Source: a virus
Lineage: Duplodnaviria > Caudoviricetes
Virus record (IMG/VR): IMGVR_UViG_3300031949_001696
Strand: one strand, 5' to 3'
Length of the DNA: 64,000 nt
The notes below the pieces were generated by a model. The model was not told where the DNA came from. It saw only the letters and a program-made list of their open reading frames with translations, and did not search any database. The position numbers and the translations under genes are program-made. The stretch's first letter is position 1. The number at the start of each line of letters is the position of its first letter. Shown in pieces: positions 32,459-42,854 of the stretch.

Positions 32459-33988
32459 TTACGCGCCTTTCTGAGCAGTGCGCGGAGCCAATCGCGCTCG
32501 GCCATAAAGCAGTCTCTCAATAGCCGCGCTAATGGCTAGTTTGTCTTTCTGCCAGTTACGAACGGTGTCAGGAGACACGGCCAGAAGATCAGCGGCAGCT
32601 GAGATACTCGCGCCATGAAACGTCGGGCTCGCTGCGGACCGAGCTGCGCGCAGGATGCTGCGCACGCATTCTTTGTCTCCGCATGACTTTCGTTTCGCGA
32701 AGACGCACGGACTGTCGCCGTCCCGTGGTTCAAGCAGCACACTACAGCCTGGACATCGGCGCCCATCAACAAGCTTCGTGGTGGTTCGTACCAGAGAGGC
32801 GTATTTGCTCGCACATGTCCCTTCACCACAGGTCTTTCGCCCTACGAAGTTTTCTAGCCTTTCCCCGGCCCTCCGCTCAATAAGCTCATCACAGATTGGA
32901 CAGTGCCTCGCGACAACCACGGTGACGGCTCTTTTGAGCGCGCTTGCTTTGGTCGCGCAGCCTGCTTTCATGCCGCACGTCTTCCGCCTCATGAAAACGC
33001 ACGGCGTTTCGCCGCCTTTTCGTTTGAGTGGTTTCGTACAGCTCGGGCAGCACCGCCCTGCGATAACCTTCGTAGTCGTCTGGAGGTTGCTTGCGCATTT
33101 TTGGCCGCACGTCGAGCGCTTCGCGAATTCGTATAGCGGTTCGCCCTCTTTCCGCTCGAGCAACTTCTTGCAACTCGGGCGTGGGCAGCGACGCCCCGCG
33201 ACGATCTTCGTCGTGGTGCGTACCATAGACTTGTACTTGCTCACGCACGCCTTATCACAGCACGTGGCGCGTTTGGAAAACCACGTCAGGCTTTCCCAGG
33301 CCCTCCGCTCAAGCACCGCGTCACAGCTTGGACAACAGCGTCCCGCAACAACCTTCACGGCGGGTTTTTGTGCGGCAACCCACGCAAAAGCGCACTTACG
33401 ACTGCACGTCTTTCGCTTCACGAACCTGTGCTGCGCTTCGCCTTCCTTCTGCTTGAGCGTTTTTCTACAACTCGGACTCGGACAGCGGCGACCGGTAACG
33501 ACCTTCGTAGTCGTCCTGAACTTGCTCAGGCACTCGTCTCGGCCGCACGTCTTCCGCTTCGCGAATGACCACGTCTTCTCACCCTCTTTTTGCCTGAGCA
33601 GCTTCTTGCAGCTCGGACAGCGGCGTCCAACGACGATCTTCGTCGTGGTCCTCACCGCGGACAAGAGTTTGGCCCCGCAGCCCTCTTTATTATGGCCGCA
33701 CGTCTTCCGCTTCGCGAACGCAGACAGTGACTCGGCCTTTTTTTGCTTGAGCAGCTTCTTACAACTCAGGCAACGGCGACCGACGACGATCTCGGTGACA
33801 ATTCTTTTCGCCGCGCCAAGCTGATAGACGCACGTGCGATCGCACGTCTTTCTTTTTGCGAAGTCACACGGCTTCTCTCCGTTTTTGCGCTTGAGCTTCT
33901 TCTTGCAGCTCTCACAACGGCGCCCTGTGACATCCTTCGTAGCGATCAGTGGCGCAGTGAGCTTGGAGCGGAGGGAGGAGAGCTTCAC
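32459..33988 (-). CDS. Nine-repeat Cys4 zinc-finger-array protein with C-terminal HTH (start could be 34081)
   Basis: 9 x [K(I/V)VxGRRCxxC..L.(R/Q)K.GExxxxF.KRKTC..C], then FHGASISAAADLLAVSPDTVRNW; GGAGG before GTG 33988. Confidence 0.8.
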   Translation of the reverse strand: MKLSSLRSKLTAPLIATKDVTGRRCESCKKKLKRKNGEKPCDFAKRKTCDRTCVYQLGAAKRIVTEIVVGRRCLSCKKLLKQKKAESLSAFAKRKTCGHNKEGCGAKLLSAVRTTTKIVVGRRCPSCKKLLRQKEGEKTWSFAKRKTCGRDECLSKFRTTTKVVTGRRCPSPSCRKTLKQKEGEAQHRFVKRKTCSRKCAFAWVAAQKPAVKVVAGRCCPSCDAVLERRAWESLTWFSKRATCCDKACVSKYKSMVRTTTKIVAGRRCPRPSCKKLLERKEGEPLYEFAKRSTCGQKCASNLQTTTKVIAGRCCPSCTKPLKRKGGETPCVFMRRKTCGMKAGCATKASALKRAVTVVVARHCPICDELIERRAGERLENFVGRKTCGEGTCASKYASLVRTTTKLVDGRRCPGCSVLLEPRDGDSPCVFAKRKSCGDKECVRSILRAARSAASPTFHGASISAAADLLAVSPDTVRNWQKDKLAISAAIERLLYGRARLAPRTAQKGA

Positions 33989-34070
33989 ACGCCCTCCCAA
34001 AGCTCGGCGATCTGCCTCGCGGTGAGTACGGCGGCGCGTTTCACGAACTCGCCACCAAAGCCATTCCAGC

Positions 34071-35573
34071 TCACCGCACACCTTCTTGAGTGGTGCGCGG
34101 AGTCGGGCGTGCTCGATTACAAAGGTCTTTCGGCTGGAGGGACTTCTCGATAGCCGTGTCGATAGTCATTCCACAGCTCCGCCAATTATGAATCGTAGAG
34201 CTTGTCACACCTAGAAGTGCAGCGGCAGCTGAGACGTCCGTCCCATGAAACAGTTTCTTATACTGACACTCTTCATCTCGACATAACTTTCGTTTTGCGA
34301 AACTGCTCGCGCTCTCGTTATTCCGTTGTTCAAGCAGCTTTCTACATCTCAGGCATCGCCGCCCAGCGATGACCTTTGTAGTGGTGCGCACCCTGGATTT
34401 ATTCTTACGAACGCATACTTCATCACCGCACGTCGCTCGTTTTGCAAAAGCACTCGGACTTTCCCCGGCGCTCTGCTCAAGAAGCTCAGCGCAGATTGGA
34501 CAACGGCGCCCTGCGACGATCTTCGTGGTAGTTGTGTGTGCCGCTCCCAGCAGGACGGCACACTCACCGCCGCATGTCTTTCGTGCCGCGAATGCACTTG
34601 GCGCCTCCCCCTTTCTTGGTTTGAGTAGCTTCGTACAACTCGGACAGCGGCGCCCGACGACAACCTTCGTGGTCGTCAGGAACCTATACACACATCGTTT
34701 TTTACCGCACGTTTTCCGCACAGCGAACGCGGCTACGGGCTCGCCCTCTTTTCGCTTGAGCGACTTCCTACAACTCGGACAGCTTCTCCCTGCGACGACC
34801 TTCGTGGTGGTCAGCACTTCGGCCAAGTGTTTTGCTGCGCAGCCCGCTTTCTTGCCGCACGTCTTTCGACTCAAAAAGTCATTCCGTGACTCTCCTTCTC
34901 TTCGCTTCAATGCTTTTTTGCAGCCGGGTGCCAGACAAAAACGCGCTGGATCGCTCTTCGCCCAGGTCGCGGATAGCAGGCTGCCATAACATTTCTCCCC
35001 GCACGTCTTCCGTCCCGCGAAGGCGTTTAGCGCCTCGCTCTTTCTTCGCTTGAGCAGCTTCCTACAACTCGGACAGCGTCGCCGCGTGACGGTGCGAACA
35101 ACTCCGCCGCTGTGAATGACATGTTGGTGCCAGCTCACGCACTTCTTTCGACCACACGTCTTCCGTCTTGCAAATGAGCTTAGCGACTCGCCTTTTTTTC
35201 GCTTGAGCAGCTGCTTACAACTTGGGCAACGTCGCCCCGCGACGACCTTGATGGTGGTCCTTGTCGCCTTGCTAAGTTTTGCCGCACAGCCTGCTTTATG
35301 ACCGCACGTCTTCCGCCGCGCGAAGAAAAAAGGCGATTCGCTCTCCTTTCGCTCAAGCACTTTGTCGCAGATCCGACAACAACGCCCCGCGACGATCTTG
35401 GTAATGAACCTTTTCGCCATGCCCAGTAGGGCCGCACAGCCCGCTTTCTTACCGCACGTCTTCCGACTTGCGAAGTTACCGAGCTGCTCTCCCTCCTTCC
35501 GCTTGAGCACCTTGCCGCAGACCAGGCAACGACGCCCTGCGACGATCTTGAAGGAAGAGCGTTGCGCCATCAT
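34071..35573 (-). CDS. Nine-repeat Cys4 zinc-finger-array protein with C-terminal HTH (paralog)
   Basis: Same repeat x9, then FHGTDVSAAAALLGVTSSTIHNW. Confidence 0.8.
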   Translation of the reverse strand: MMAQRSSFKIVAGRRCLVCGKVLKRKEGEQLGNFASRKTCGKKAGCAALLGMAKRFITKIVAGRCCRICDKVLERKESESPFFFARRKTCGHKAGCAAKLSKATRTTIKVVAGRRCPSCKQLLKRKKGESLSSFARRKTCGRKKCVSWHQHVIHSGGVVRTVTRRRCPSCRKLLKRRKSEALNAFAGRKTCGEKCYGSLLSATWAKSDPARFCLAPGCKKALKRREGESRNDFLSRKTCGKKAGCAAKHLAEVLTTTKVVAGRSCPSCRKSLKRKEGEPVAAFAVRKTCGKKRCVYRFLTTTKVVVGRRCPSCTKLLKPRKGEAPSAFAARKTCGGECAVLLGAAHTTTTKIVAGRRCPICAELLEQSAGESPSAFAKRATCGDEVCVRKNKSRVRTTTKVIAGRRCLRCRKLLEQRNNESASSFAKRKLCRDEECQYKKLFHGTDVSAAAALLGVTSSTIHNWRSCGMTIDTAIEKSLQPKDLCNRARPTPRTTQEGVR

Positions 35574-37726
35574 CGTGTCCTCGACCGCTCATTCCCGCGC
35601 CCTGCGCGATCGATGTGCTCGATCCACTCCGCGGGGATTTTACCTGCCTGCACGGCTTTCTCCGCACGCGCCCGTAGCTCCGCACGCCGCTCCTCAAACT
35701 GCTTCCAGTTCAACAGGACGAGTTCGGCCTCCTGCTCCTCAAAGATCTGTCGCCGCGGCTTCCTCTCCGGCTGCTCAGCGCCGCAGTGTTTGCACTTGGT
35801 GCACGACCACGCGATCACCGCTGGACATCCGACACAGTCTTTGACGCGCGGTTCAACGTCTGCGTTAGGGCGCTCCCCCGCGCCATGCTCAAGAGACCAT
35901 GGCCAATCTTCGCCGGGAACGTGCAGAAGGCGCTCACAGTTTGCGCCGTGATCGAGCACGATCTTTTTGGTCGGTCCTTCTGCGCGTAGCACGCGGGCGA
36001 TCATCTGCATGAATCTGGCGAGGCTCTTGGTGGGACGCGCGATGATGACTGCGCCGAGCTCTGGCAGATCCCAGCCCTCGCAAAGCACGTCGACGTTGCA
36101 CAAGACTTCAAGCTCGCCGCGGCGAAACCTGCCGATGAGCCGTTCGCGCTCAGTCGCGTCTGTCTCACCGTCGAGATAAGCCGCCTTGATCCCAGCCTTC
36201 CTGAACTGCGCGGCGATCCTCTTCGCGTGCTGACGGGTCGCACCAAACACGAGCTTGCGAACACTCGGAGCCCACTTGATGGCCTCCTTGACGACGTGGC
36301 CGATCAGTAGCGGCCGATCCACCGCGCGACGGAGCGACGACGACGCGTAATCGCCGCCGATCGTCTTTGCACCTTTGAGACCCTTCGCGAGTGCTGCAAT
36401 AATCTTGGCATCTGCATGGAGCGTGACAGGATCACGCAGGTAGCCGGCGGCATACAATTCGCTGGGCTTGGCGGCGACCTTCAGAACCTGAAAGAAGTCG
36501 CCGAGACCACGACCATCGAGACGGCACGGCGTGGCCGTCAAGCCGAGCGCGTCGGCACGCGGACACCTCGCCGCAATCGCCTGATACGAATCGGCCATCG
36601 CGCGGTGCGCCTCGTCGAAGACGATCAGGTCGATGTCTTCCGGCAGCTCACGGAGGCTGATCGTCTGCACGCTGCCGATCTGAACACGTGCGTCGAGGTC
36701 CACGTGCTCGGGGTAGAGCTGCTCGTACTTCGCACACTGGACGCCGCAGCGCACGCCAAGTTTCACGAGTCGAGCGCGCGCCTGACCGATCAGCTCAGTC
36801 CGATGGGCCAGCCAGAGCACACCACGCCAACGCTTTGTCCGCGAAATGAGAAGTGACGCAATGACGGTTTTTCCAGATCCTCCGGGAGCGACCAGGAGAA
36901 CGCGACGATCTTTCGCGAGCAGCGGGTCCAGCTCGACGACGGTGCGCTCCTGATACGGACGACGATCTAGTTCCTGTGAAATGCCTGCGGCAAGTCGAAA
37001 GGCCGCTACGCGTTCGGCAGGCAGCGCGTACGGTGAAGCAGCTGCTGGATAAGCACGGGAGGCGGCTAGATCATCTGTAGTGATCCGGGCGAACGCCGGT
37101 TGCATCACCGAAGACTTCTCGATGGAGCTATCGCGCCAGAGCGCCGCACACATCGGCATTCGATGTCCCGTATAAGCCAGGACGGACACGAGCCGATGAT
37201 CTTGCGGGGTTCGCCTGTCAAGCAATTCCACGCGGCCCGCCAGTATCGGATCTGGGATCCCCCCGAATGTTCCGTGATCGTACTGCTCGACGACATCACG
37301 TCCATAAGAGAACGTGAGCATGAAGACCCCACGACGAACGATCGCCGAGTAGACGTCAACCACATTCTCGACATCACGTGTGATCGAGCCGCAAAGATCC
37401 AAGTTGATCGCGTCAACCCCGTGCAGCTCCTTGAGCGGGGGTCTCTTGAAAAGATCGGCGTGCACAACTAGATCCGCTCCCGCCTTGGTCGCGGCCCGAC
37501 AACATGCTGGGTCGCGATCGACGGCAATCACCACAGCCGTTGGCATGTGCCGACGAATGCATGCGATCTCTTCAGCCGGCTCGGGACCGGCAACCATAGC
37601 CAGCCGCCATTTGGCATGGTGGACTCTGTCCCGACGCCGAAGAAACGCTTTTACCGCGAGCCAGTGCTCTTCGCGGACAAAGCGCTTGGCATCGGTGCTC
37701 TTGGAAGCGTCAAACTTACGAGTCAC
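35570..37726 (-). CDS. SF2 (RadD/YejH-like) helicase with N-terminal methyltransferase-like domain and C-terminal Zn ribbon
   Basis: APGGSGKT, DEAH, GLTATP, EGWDLP, QMIARVLR, CVGC...CKHC. N-terminus VIAVDRD...HADLF...INLDLCG is Rossmann-like. Confidence 0.85.
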   Translation of the reverse strand: MTRKFDASKSTDAKRFVREEHWLAVKAFLRRRDRVHHAKWRLAMVAGPEPAEEIACIRRHMPTAVVIAVDRDPACCRAATKAGADLVVHADLFKRPPLKELHGVDAINLDLCGSITRDVENVVDVYSAIVRRGVFMLTFSYGRDVVEQYDHGTFGGIPDPILAGRVELLDRRTPQDHRLVSVLAYTGHRMPMCAALWRDSSIEKSSVMQPAFARITTDDLAASRAYPAAASPYALPAERVAAFRLAAGISQELDRRPYQERTVVELDPLLAKDRRVLLVAPGGSGKTVIASLLISRTKRWRGVLWLAHRTELIGQARARLVKLGVRCGVQCAKYEQLYPEHVDLDARVQIGSVQTISLRELPEDIDLIVFDEAHRAMADSYQAIAARCPRADALGLTATPCRLDGRGLGDFFQVLKVAAKPSELYAAGYLRDPVTLHADAKIIAALAKGLKGAKTIGGDYASSSLRRAVDRPLLIGHVVKEAIKWAPSVRKLVFGATRQHAKRIAAQFRKAGIKAAYLDGETDATERERLIGRFRRGELEVLCNVDVLCEGWDLPELGAVIIARPTKSLARFMQMIARVLRAEGPTKKIVLDHGANCERLLHVPGEDWPWSLEHGAGERPNADVEPRVKDCVGCPAVIAWSCTKCKHCGAEQPERKPRRQIFEEQEAELVLLNWKQFEERRAELRARAEKAVQAGKIPAEWIEHIDRAGRGNERSRTR

Positions 37727-37761
37727 GCGACACTCTCGAATTGTTGGCCATGCGCGTCACT

Positions 37762-37938
37762 TCATTCCGCGCCCTTGAGGCTCTTGAGCCCGAGCACCAC
37801 CATCTCGGTGGTGACGCTCGCAATCGTGTGCGGATAACCCCGCTCCTCGACAAGCTGCACGACTTGGCGATGCTGCTCGGGGTGTAGTCGCACGTACGTG
37901 ACGATGCGGTCGTCGCGCTTCTTCTTTGCACGAGCCAT
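37762..37938 (-). CDS. Small RHH-like regulator (58 aa, not in ORF track)
   Basis: MARAKKKRDDRIVTYVRLHPEQHRQVVQLVEERGYPHTIASVTTEMVVLGLKSLKGAE. Confidence 0.6.
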   Translation of the reverse strand: MARAKKKRDDRIVTYVRLHPEQHRQVVQLVEERGYPHTIASVTTEMVVLGLKSLKGAE

Positions 37939-37968
37939 GCGGAAGCTGTATCAGTGTTCTCGCGCGCT

Positions 37969-37987
37969 TTGCAATATGTTATTGCAA
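37969..37987. promoter_or_regulatory. Palindromic operator overlapping a -35-like TTGCAA of the island operon
   Basis: TTGCAATA-TGT-TATTGCAA perfect inverted repeat about 30 nt upstream of the RHH ATG. Confidence 0.6.
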
Positions 37988-38263
37988 CCTGTAGCAGCTG
38001 GAGTCCGCGGAGGGTTGCGTCTTGGGCAGTACGTAGGGGACGATCACCTCGACGACGACGTACTCACCGTCCGATCGAAACGTGACAAACAGCGCGCCAC
38101 CCACGCGCACGGTCGGAAGGAAGGTTGCCCAGTGCGCGAGGTCCTGCGCATCGAGATTGGGTTCGTCGGAGGTCGACACGTTAGGCGGCGACCTCGGCCA
38201 TCCAGCCGCGGAGGCGGGCGAGGGTTGCGGAGTCGATCAGGTTTTTGATGCAGATCGCCATGA

Positions 38264-38818
38264 CTAACCTTTCTTAGCGCCGGTCGCGCGCTCGACACGT
38301 TCGGCAAGTTCCTCGATTTCAGACATACGCATCAGGGGCATGAATTCGCGTCTCGGCCTGAAGATGAAAGCGTAGGGGCAGTTGTAAGGAACGATCATCT
38401 GGTCGTTGAGCATTTGGCCGAGGTTGAGCACGAACTTTCCTGGAGCACAGGTTCCGAATTCAACGAAGAGCGTGGCTTTCTCATCGGGAAAGTCGATAGC
38501 GAGATCTGCTCTGCCAAACAGCGTGTTGATTTCGCGTTCACTGCTGTTTCCGAGTGCTGCGACGAAGCGCCAGGCTGGCTCCCTTGGGTCGTGACAGGTC
38601 AACGGCTGTGGTAAAGGCAAGTGGAAAACTTCGACACGATCTGCTTGAACCCAGGCAGCCAAGAGTGAACATGCCCAGGGATCCGAGAGGCGCCGTTCAC
38701 CCCATGGGATGAAGACCTCTTGTGGTTTCCAACCACGACCGTCTGGTGTTTTCCAAGTCACGCCGGGAAATGTGATGGCCTTGCGGACGTGCTCGTTTGT
38801 CTCAAGAACATCCAGCAT
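38264..38818 (-). CDS. hypothetical protein, possible PD-(D/E)XK-like fold
   Basis: GRADLAI...LFVEFG; lower GC. Confidence 0.45.
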   Translation of the reverse strand: MLDVLETNEHVRKAITFPGVTWKTPDGRGWKPQEVFIPWGERRLSDPWACSLLAAWVQADRVEVFHLPLPQPLTCHDPREPAWRFVAALGNSSEREINTLFGRADLAIDFPDEKATLFVEFGTCAPGKFVLNLGQMLNDQMIVPYNCPYAFIFRPRREFMPLMRMSEIEELAERVERATGAKKG

Positions 38819-38889
38819 TCTGTTTCCCTTCTTATTGGGGTGTTGCGTTCCGCTGCGGACCAGTGCGGCGAGCTGCTATCGTCGGGACG

Positions 38890-39357
38890 GTGAAAACAGC
38901 CAGCGATGCACCGGCAGCGATCGAACCGCTGGAGGATCGCGAGGTCGATGGCGCGACGCTCAAGGAGTTGCACACCGCGTACAAGGAGCTCCGCACGGCG
39001 TACGTCGACTTGCACAAGAGACATCACGAGCGGATCACCGATGCGCTCGCTGATCGTAAGGAGGAAGGCAAGAAGACGGGTGGCGATGTGCCGTACGGAT
39101 ACCGACTGGATTCCGACAACGAGACCTTGATCGAGGACGAGTCCGAGCAAGCCGTGATCGCCGAAGCCGTGCGGTTGCGCGAAGAGGGCCTATCGCTGCG
39201 CCGGATCGCGCGAGAGCTGTGGAAGCAGAAGCTGCGTCCGAGGCCGGTCCCCCGGGATCGGCGGCGAGGTGCCCTAAAGACGAAGCGCTTTGGAGAATTC
39301 GATCCGACGCAGATCAAGCGCATGATCGAGGCGCACAAGACACGCACTGCGGAATGA
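38890..39357 (+). CDS. Serine-recombinase C-terminal (Recombinase domain)-like protein lacking the catalytic domain
   Basis: ERITDAL...GGDVPYGYRL...EQAVI...GLSLRRIAREL. Confidence 0.65.
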   Translation: MKTASDAPAAIEPLEDREVDGATLKELHTAYKELRTAYVDLHKRHHERITDALADRKEEGKKTGGDVPYGYRLDSDNETLIEDESEQAVIAEAVRLREEGLSLRRIARELWKQKLRPRPVPRDRRRGALKTKRFGEFDPTQIKRMIEAHKTRTAE

Positions 39358-39361
39358 CGCA

Positions 39362-40324
39362 TCACTTTTTGCGGAACTTCTTGGGCAAGAGATCGAGGAA
39401 CTGCTTCGCCGGCGCATTGGGGCTGTCCGCAAGCTTCATGTAGCGCTCGGTCGTGTCCCGCTTGCTGTGCAGAAGGCTCCGTTGCACGACGTCGATCGGA
39501 ACGCCGCGCTGCTTGGCGATCGTAGCGACGGATCGTCGGAACGCGTGCGGCGTGAACTTCGAGTGGTCGACGAACTTCGCCCGAGCTGCCTGCCTCTTGA
39601 CCGCGTTTCGCACGGTGCCCACGCCGATACCCCTCGCACCCTTCGCGGTGCCGCGGAACAAGGGACCGGCCGTGATGCAGAACTCCGCGGCCCAGGCCCG
39701 CAGGAGCTTGGCGAGTGGCGCGACAAGCTCGATGCGGCCGTACTTGCCGCCCTTGACGCGAACACGAAGAAACCAGTTGTCCGAACCAGCCTGCGGCTCG
39801 AAGGCGTCGATCGCGACACGCGCGACTTCGGCTCGGCGGAGGCCCGTCATCGCGAGCGTCATCGCTATCAGGTAGTCGCGGCGCTCGACGAAGCTGTCGT
39901 CGTCGGGGCCGGCACCGAGGAACTTCTCTAGCTCTTCGGCCGACAGCCACGGTGTCTTCAGCTCGGCGTTGTCGCCCTTGGGGTTGCGAGCCTCGCGCGC
40001 TGGGTTCGCGACGACGAGCACGCCCTCTCGAGCGAGCGCCGCGTAGACGGCGCGGATCACGGCAAGTGCACGAGCGCGGGTGCTCTGGCGTTTTCCGCTC
40101 GATCGGAGACCGAGCAAATAGGTCTGCACATCGAACGTGGTTGCGGCGAGCGGGGATGTCCCCTTCGCGGCGAGGTACGAAATGAAGCGCTGCCACTCCT
40201 CGCGGTACGCGCGAACGCTCTCGGGGCTGCCGAGGTCGGAGAGGATCCGGGCGAAGGCGGCGGCGACGCGCGGATCGGCACTAGGGACGACGACGAGGGC
40301 ATTGGTGGGGTCCTGGGCTCTCAT
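39362..40324 (-). CDS. Tyrosine recombinase (XerC/D-like)
   Basis: TGLRRAEV, VKGGK, HAFRRS, LLHSKRDTTERY; SAM-like N-terminus SPESVRAY. Confidence 0.92.
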   Translation of the reverse strand: MRAQDPTNALVVVPSADPRVAAAFARILSDLGSPESVRAYREEWQRFISYLAAKGTSPLAATTFDVQTYLLGLRSSGKRQSTRARALAVIRAVYAALAREGVLVVANPAREARNPKGDNAELKTPWLSAEELEKFLGAGPDDDSFVERRDYLIAMTLAMTGLRRAEVARVAIDAFEPQAGSDNWFLRVRVKGGKYGRIELVAPLAKLLRAWAAEFCITAGPLFRGTAKGARGIGVGTVRNAVKRQAARAKFVDHSKFTPHAFRRSVATIAKQRGVPIDVVQRSLLHSKRDTTERYMKLADSPNAPAKQFLDLLPKKFRKK

Positions 40325-40336
40325 TCGGGCACTTAT

Positions 40337-40367
40337 ATTTGACGATAATGGGACCTTACCGGCAAGT
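40337..40367. other. dif-like tyrosine recombinase core site
   Basis: ATTTGACGATAA-TGGGACC-TTACCGGCAAGT: imperfect inverted arms with TAA-N7-TTA, just upstream of the recombinase start. Confidence 0.55.
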
Positions 40368-42854
40368 GCGACGTAAACTATTGAAATCTATGTGACGCTT
40401 ATATGAAGTGTCTCAAATCGATCACGATCGCACGATCGCGCTGGTAAGGTCGGGGGATGCCAAGGGCCCAGGTGAGCTACTACGAGCTGATCTACGAGGC
40501 GATCCGAGCCAAGCTAGTCGCCGAGACCAAGCACCGTAAGAAACGCGCGCTCGAAGCGTGGATCCTCGCCGAGCGCGAGTGCGTGATGCGCGAGATCAAC
40601 CACCATCGTGGTCTGCTCGCCTACGAGCCCGTCGACCTCGCGGTCGTCAAGCGCGCCGAGCGTCTGGCCGTCGGGCACAGCGACTACGTCTCGAAGTATG
40701 CCCACGCGGCGGCGGACCTGGTGTGCCGCAAGGAGACAACGTGATCCGCGAGAAAACAACGGCGCTGAAGAATCATCGACAGGCCACGCCGGGATCCGGC
40801 GCGCGAGCTGCGTGGTGGTACGGAAACCGTTCCGAGATCGAAGTCGTGATCGAGTGCCGAACGCCCGGCGGCGGCACGGTGACCGGCCTCGCGAAGATCA
40901 GCCGTCAGGCGCTGGCGGAGTGGCTCGACGCGAACAACGGCAAGCCGGGCACCTTCACGTGGCGAGGCAGGGCACGGCGGGATCGAGGTGCACGATGACT
41001 CGGTGCCGGTGTTGCGGTCTCTACGACGGCGCGCACTACAAGGACTGCCTAGCCGAGGAGCGAGCTGCCAAAGAGAAGTTGCAGGCCGCGTGCGATCACC
41101 GCGACGACTACGGCACAACACAAACGACGGGCGACCAGTTGGGACCTCGACGCTGCGGCAGATGCGGGATCGAGTTGAAAGGACGGGTATGAGGCGGCCC
41201 TCTAAGAACGCGTGGTTCGAGAAGCAGCTGTGCGGACCGCTTGTCGTCTACTTCACCGTGTACGACAACGACGCTAACGATGTACGTGTCGAGTGGTGCA
41301 TCTGCCCGGACGATGAGGACAAGAGCGAGGAGCGTGCCTTCGCGGGATCGGATCACGAAATTCGTGGTCCTGCGCGTGAACTCGACGCACTCATCGATCG
41401 CGCTGTGAAGGATGCCGCTGCCGCCGCCACGCGCATCGCGCGGGAGATCCTTGCGTGGGCGCAGGACGGCCTCGATCAGCAGTCTCAGGAGGCGACGTGA
41501 CTCGCAAGAAGAGCATCAGCAGCTACGTCGAGGCCGCTGGCTACGCGTTTGGCAAACCGCCGCCGAAGCCTCCTGGCAAGCCGCCTGACCTGCGCGGTGC
41601 CCACGCCTTCGAGGCGTGCAAAGACGGAGCGCTCATCATCTACGTCACGATGCCCGATGGCGACGGCGAGCCGATCCGCATCGAGCCCCACCGCGTCTGC
41701 GCGGTCCTGGCCGCGTGCGGCGACGCTCTCGCGAGGAAGCCGAGCACCCGATGACCCAGGACGAAGAGCTTCGCTCCCTCCGGGCACGTGTCTCCGAGCT
41801 AGAGGTCGAGCGCGATCGGATGCTGCCGATCTACACGGCCCACGTCGCGGAGGAGCAACGAGTCGCTGAGCGGCGCGAGCGGGCGCGCCTGCGCGTCGCC
41901 GCGCTGACCGAGCACGAGCTACACCGCGAGCAGCGGCACCCAGACTACGAGTACGAGTCGACGGAGAACGCCAGGAAGAGCGGCGATTCTCCGATGCCGC
42001 CTGGTGAGGGCTGGGAGGCGAACGATATCGTGGAGTGCCACATCTATAGGGACGCTGTCGTGTTCGAAGAGCGCTGGCGCAACTGGACCCGCGGCGACTT
42101 CACCGAGACCAACTACTGGAGGCGCAGGAAACCTGCGAAGGAGCAGTCGTGATGGAAACAGCCTTCAAACTCGCGAAGTGCGCCGTGCTGACCTGCCCCA
42201 ACGAGGCAGATCCGCGCTGGTTCGCGCGTGACGTGAACGATCACCCCGTCATGATCTGCGACGGCCACGTGCCGATGCCGAAGCCCGCCGAGGTGGCCGC
42301 GCGCCCGCTGGATCCCGCCGCGCTGGACCTCGCGGCGCGCATCGTCCGCAATGGCTACTCACCGACGCCCAGTGAAGTCGAGCGTGTTTCCCACGCGCTG
42401 CTCGACGAGCAGGAAGAACTGGCCGAGCTGCGCGACATCGCGGGCCTCGTGAGCGATGCCGACATCAACGCGCTGCCGCTCGAGCTGCTGGTGGTACGGC
42501 AGCGTTGGTTGGCCGCGCGCCACGCCAAGGAAGTGGCCGAAGCCGCGGTCGCTCTCGCCGCGATGGGGTGCCAGCAACGTTTCCCATCAACGATTACTGC
42601 GACGCAACTCGTGGTGATGGAGCGTACCTGGCTTGGCCTTCCCAAGCCGAACGCGAAGTGCTTGCTCAAGCTCGGCCATTCTGGGCCGCACATGTGCGAG
42701 CAACCGCCGCCGCTGGAACAGCCATGACCAAGACCGCCTACGCCAAGCGTTTGTCGGACGAAGAAGTCGCCGAGCAAACGAAAGACATGGCGCCCGAGGA
42801 TCGCGAGGAGTACCGCATCGAGAACGCGACCAGCCCCTTGTTCGACATGTGGCT

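Noticed and set aside
32655-34989. Plus-strand repetitive ORFs (32655..33824, 34369..34989)
   Set aside because: Antisense shadows of the zinc-finger repeats.
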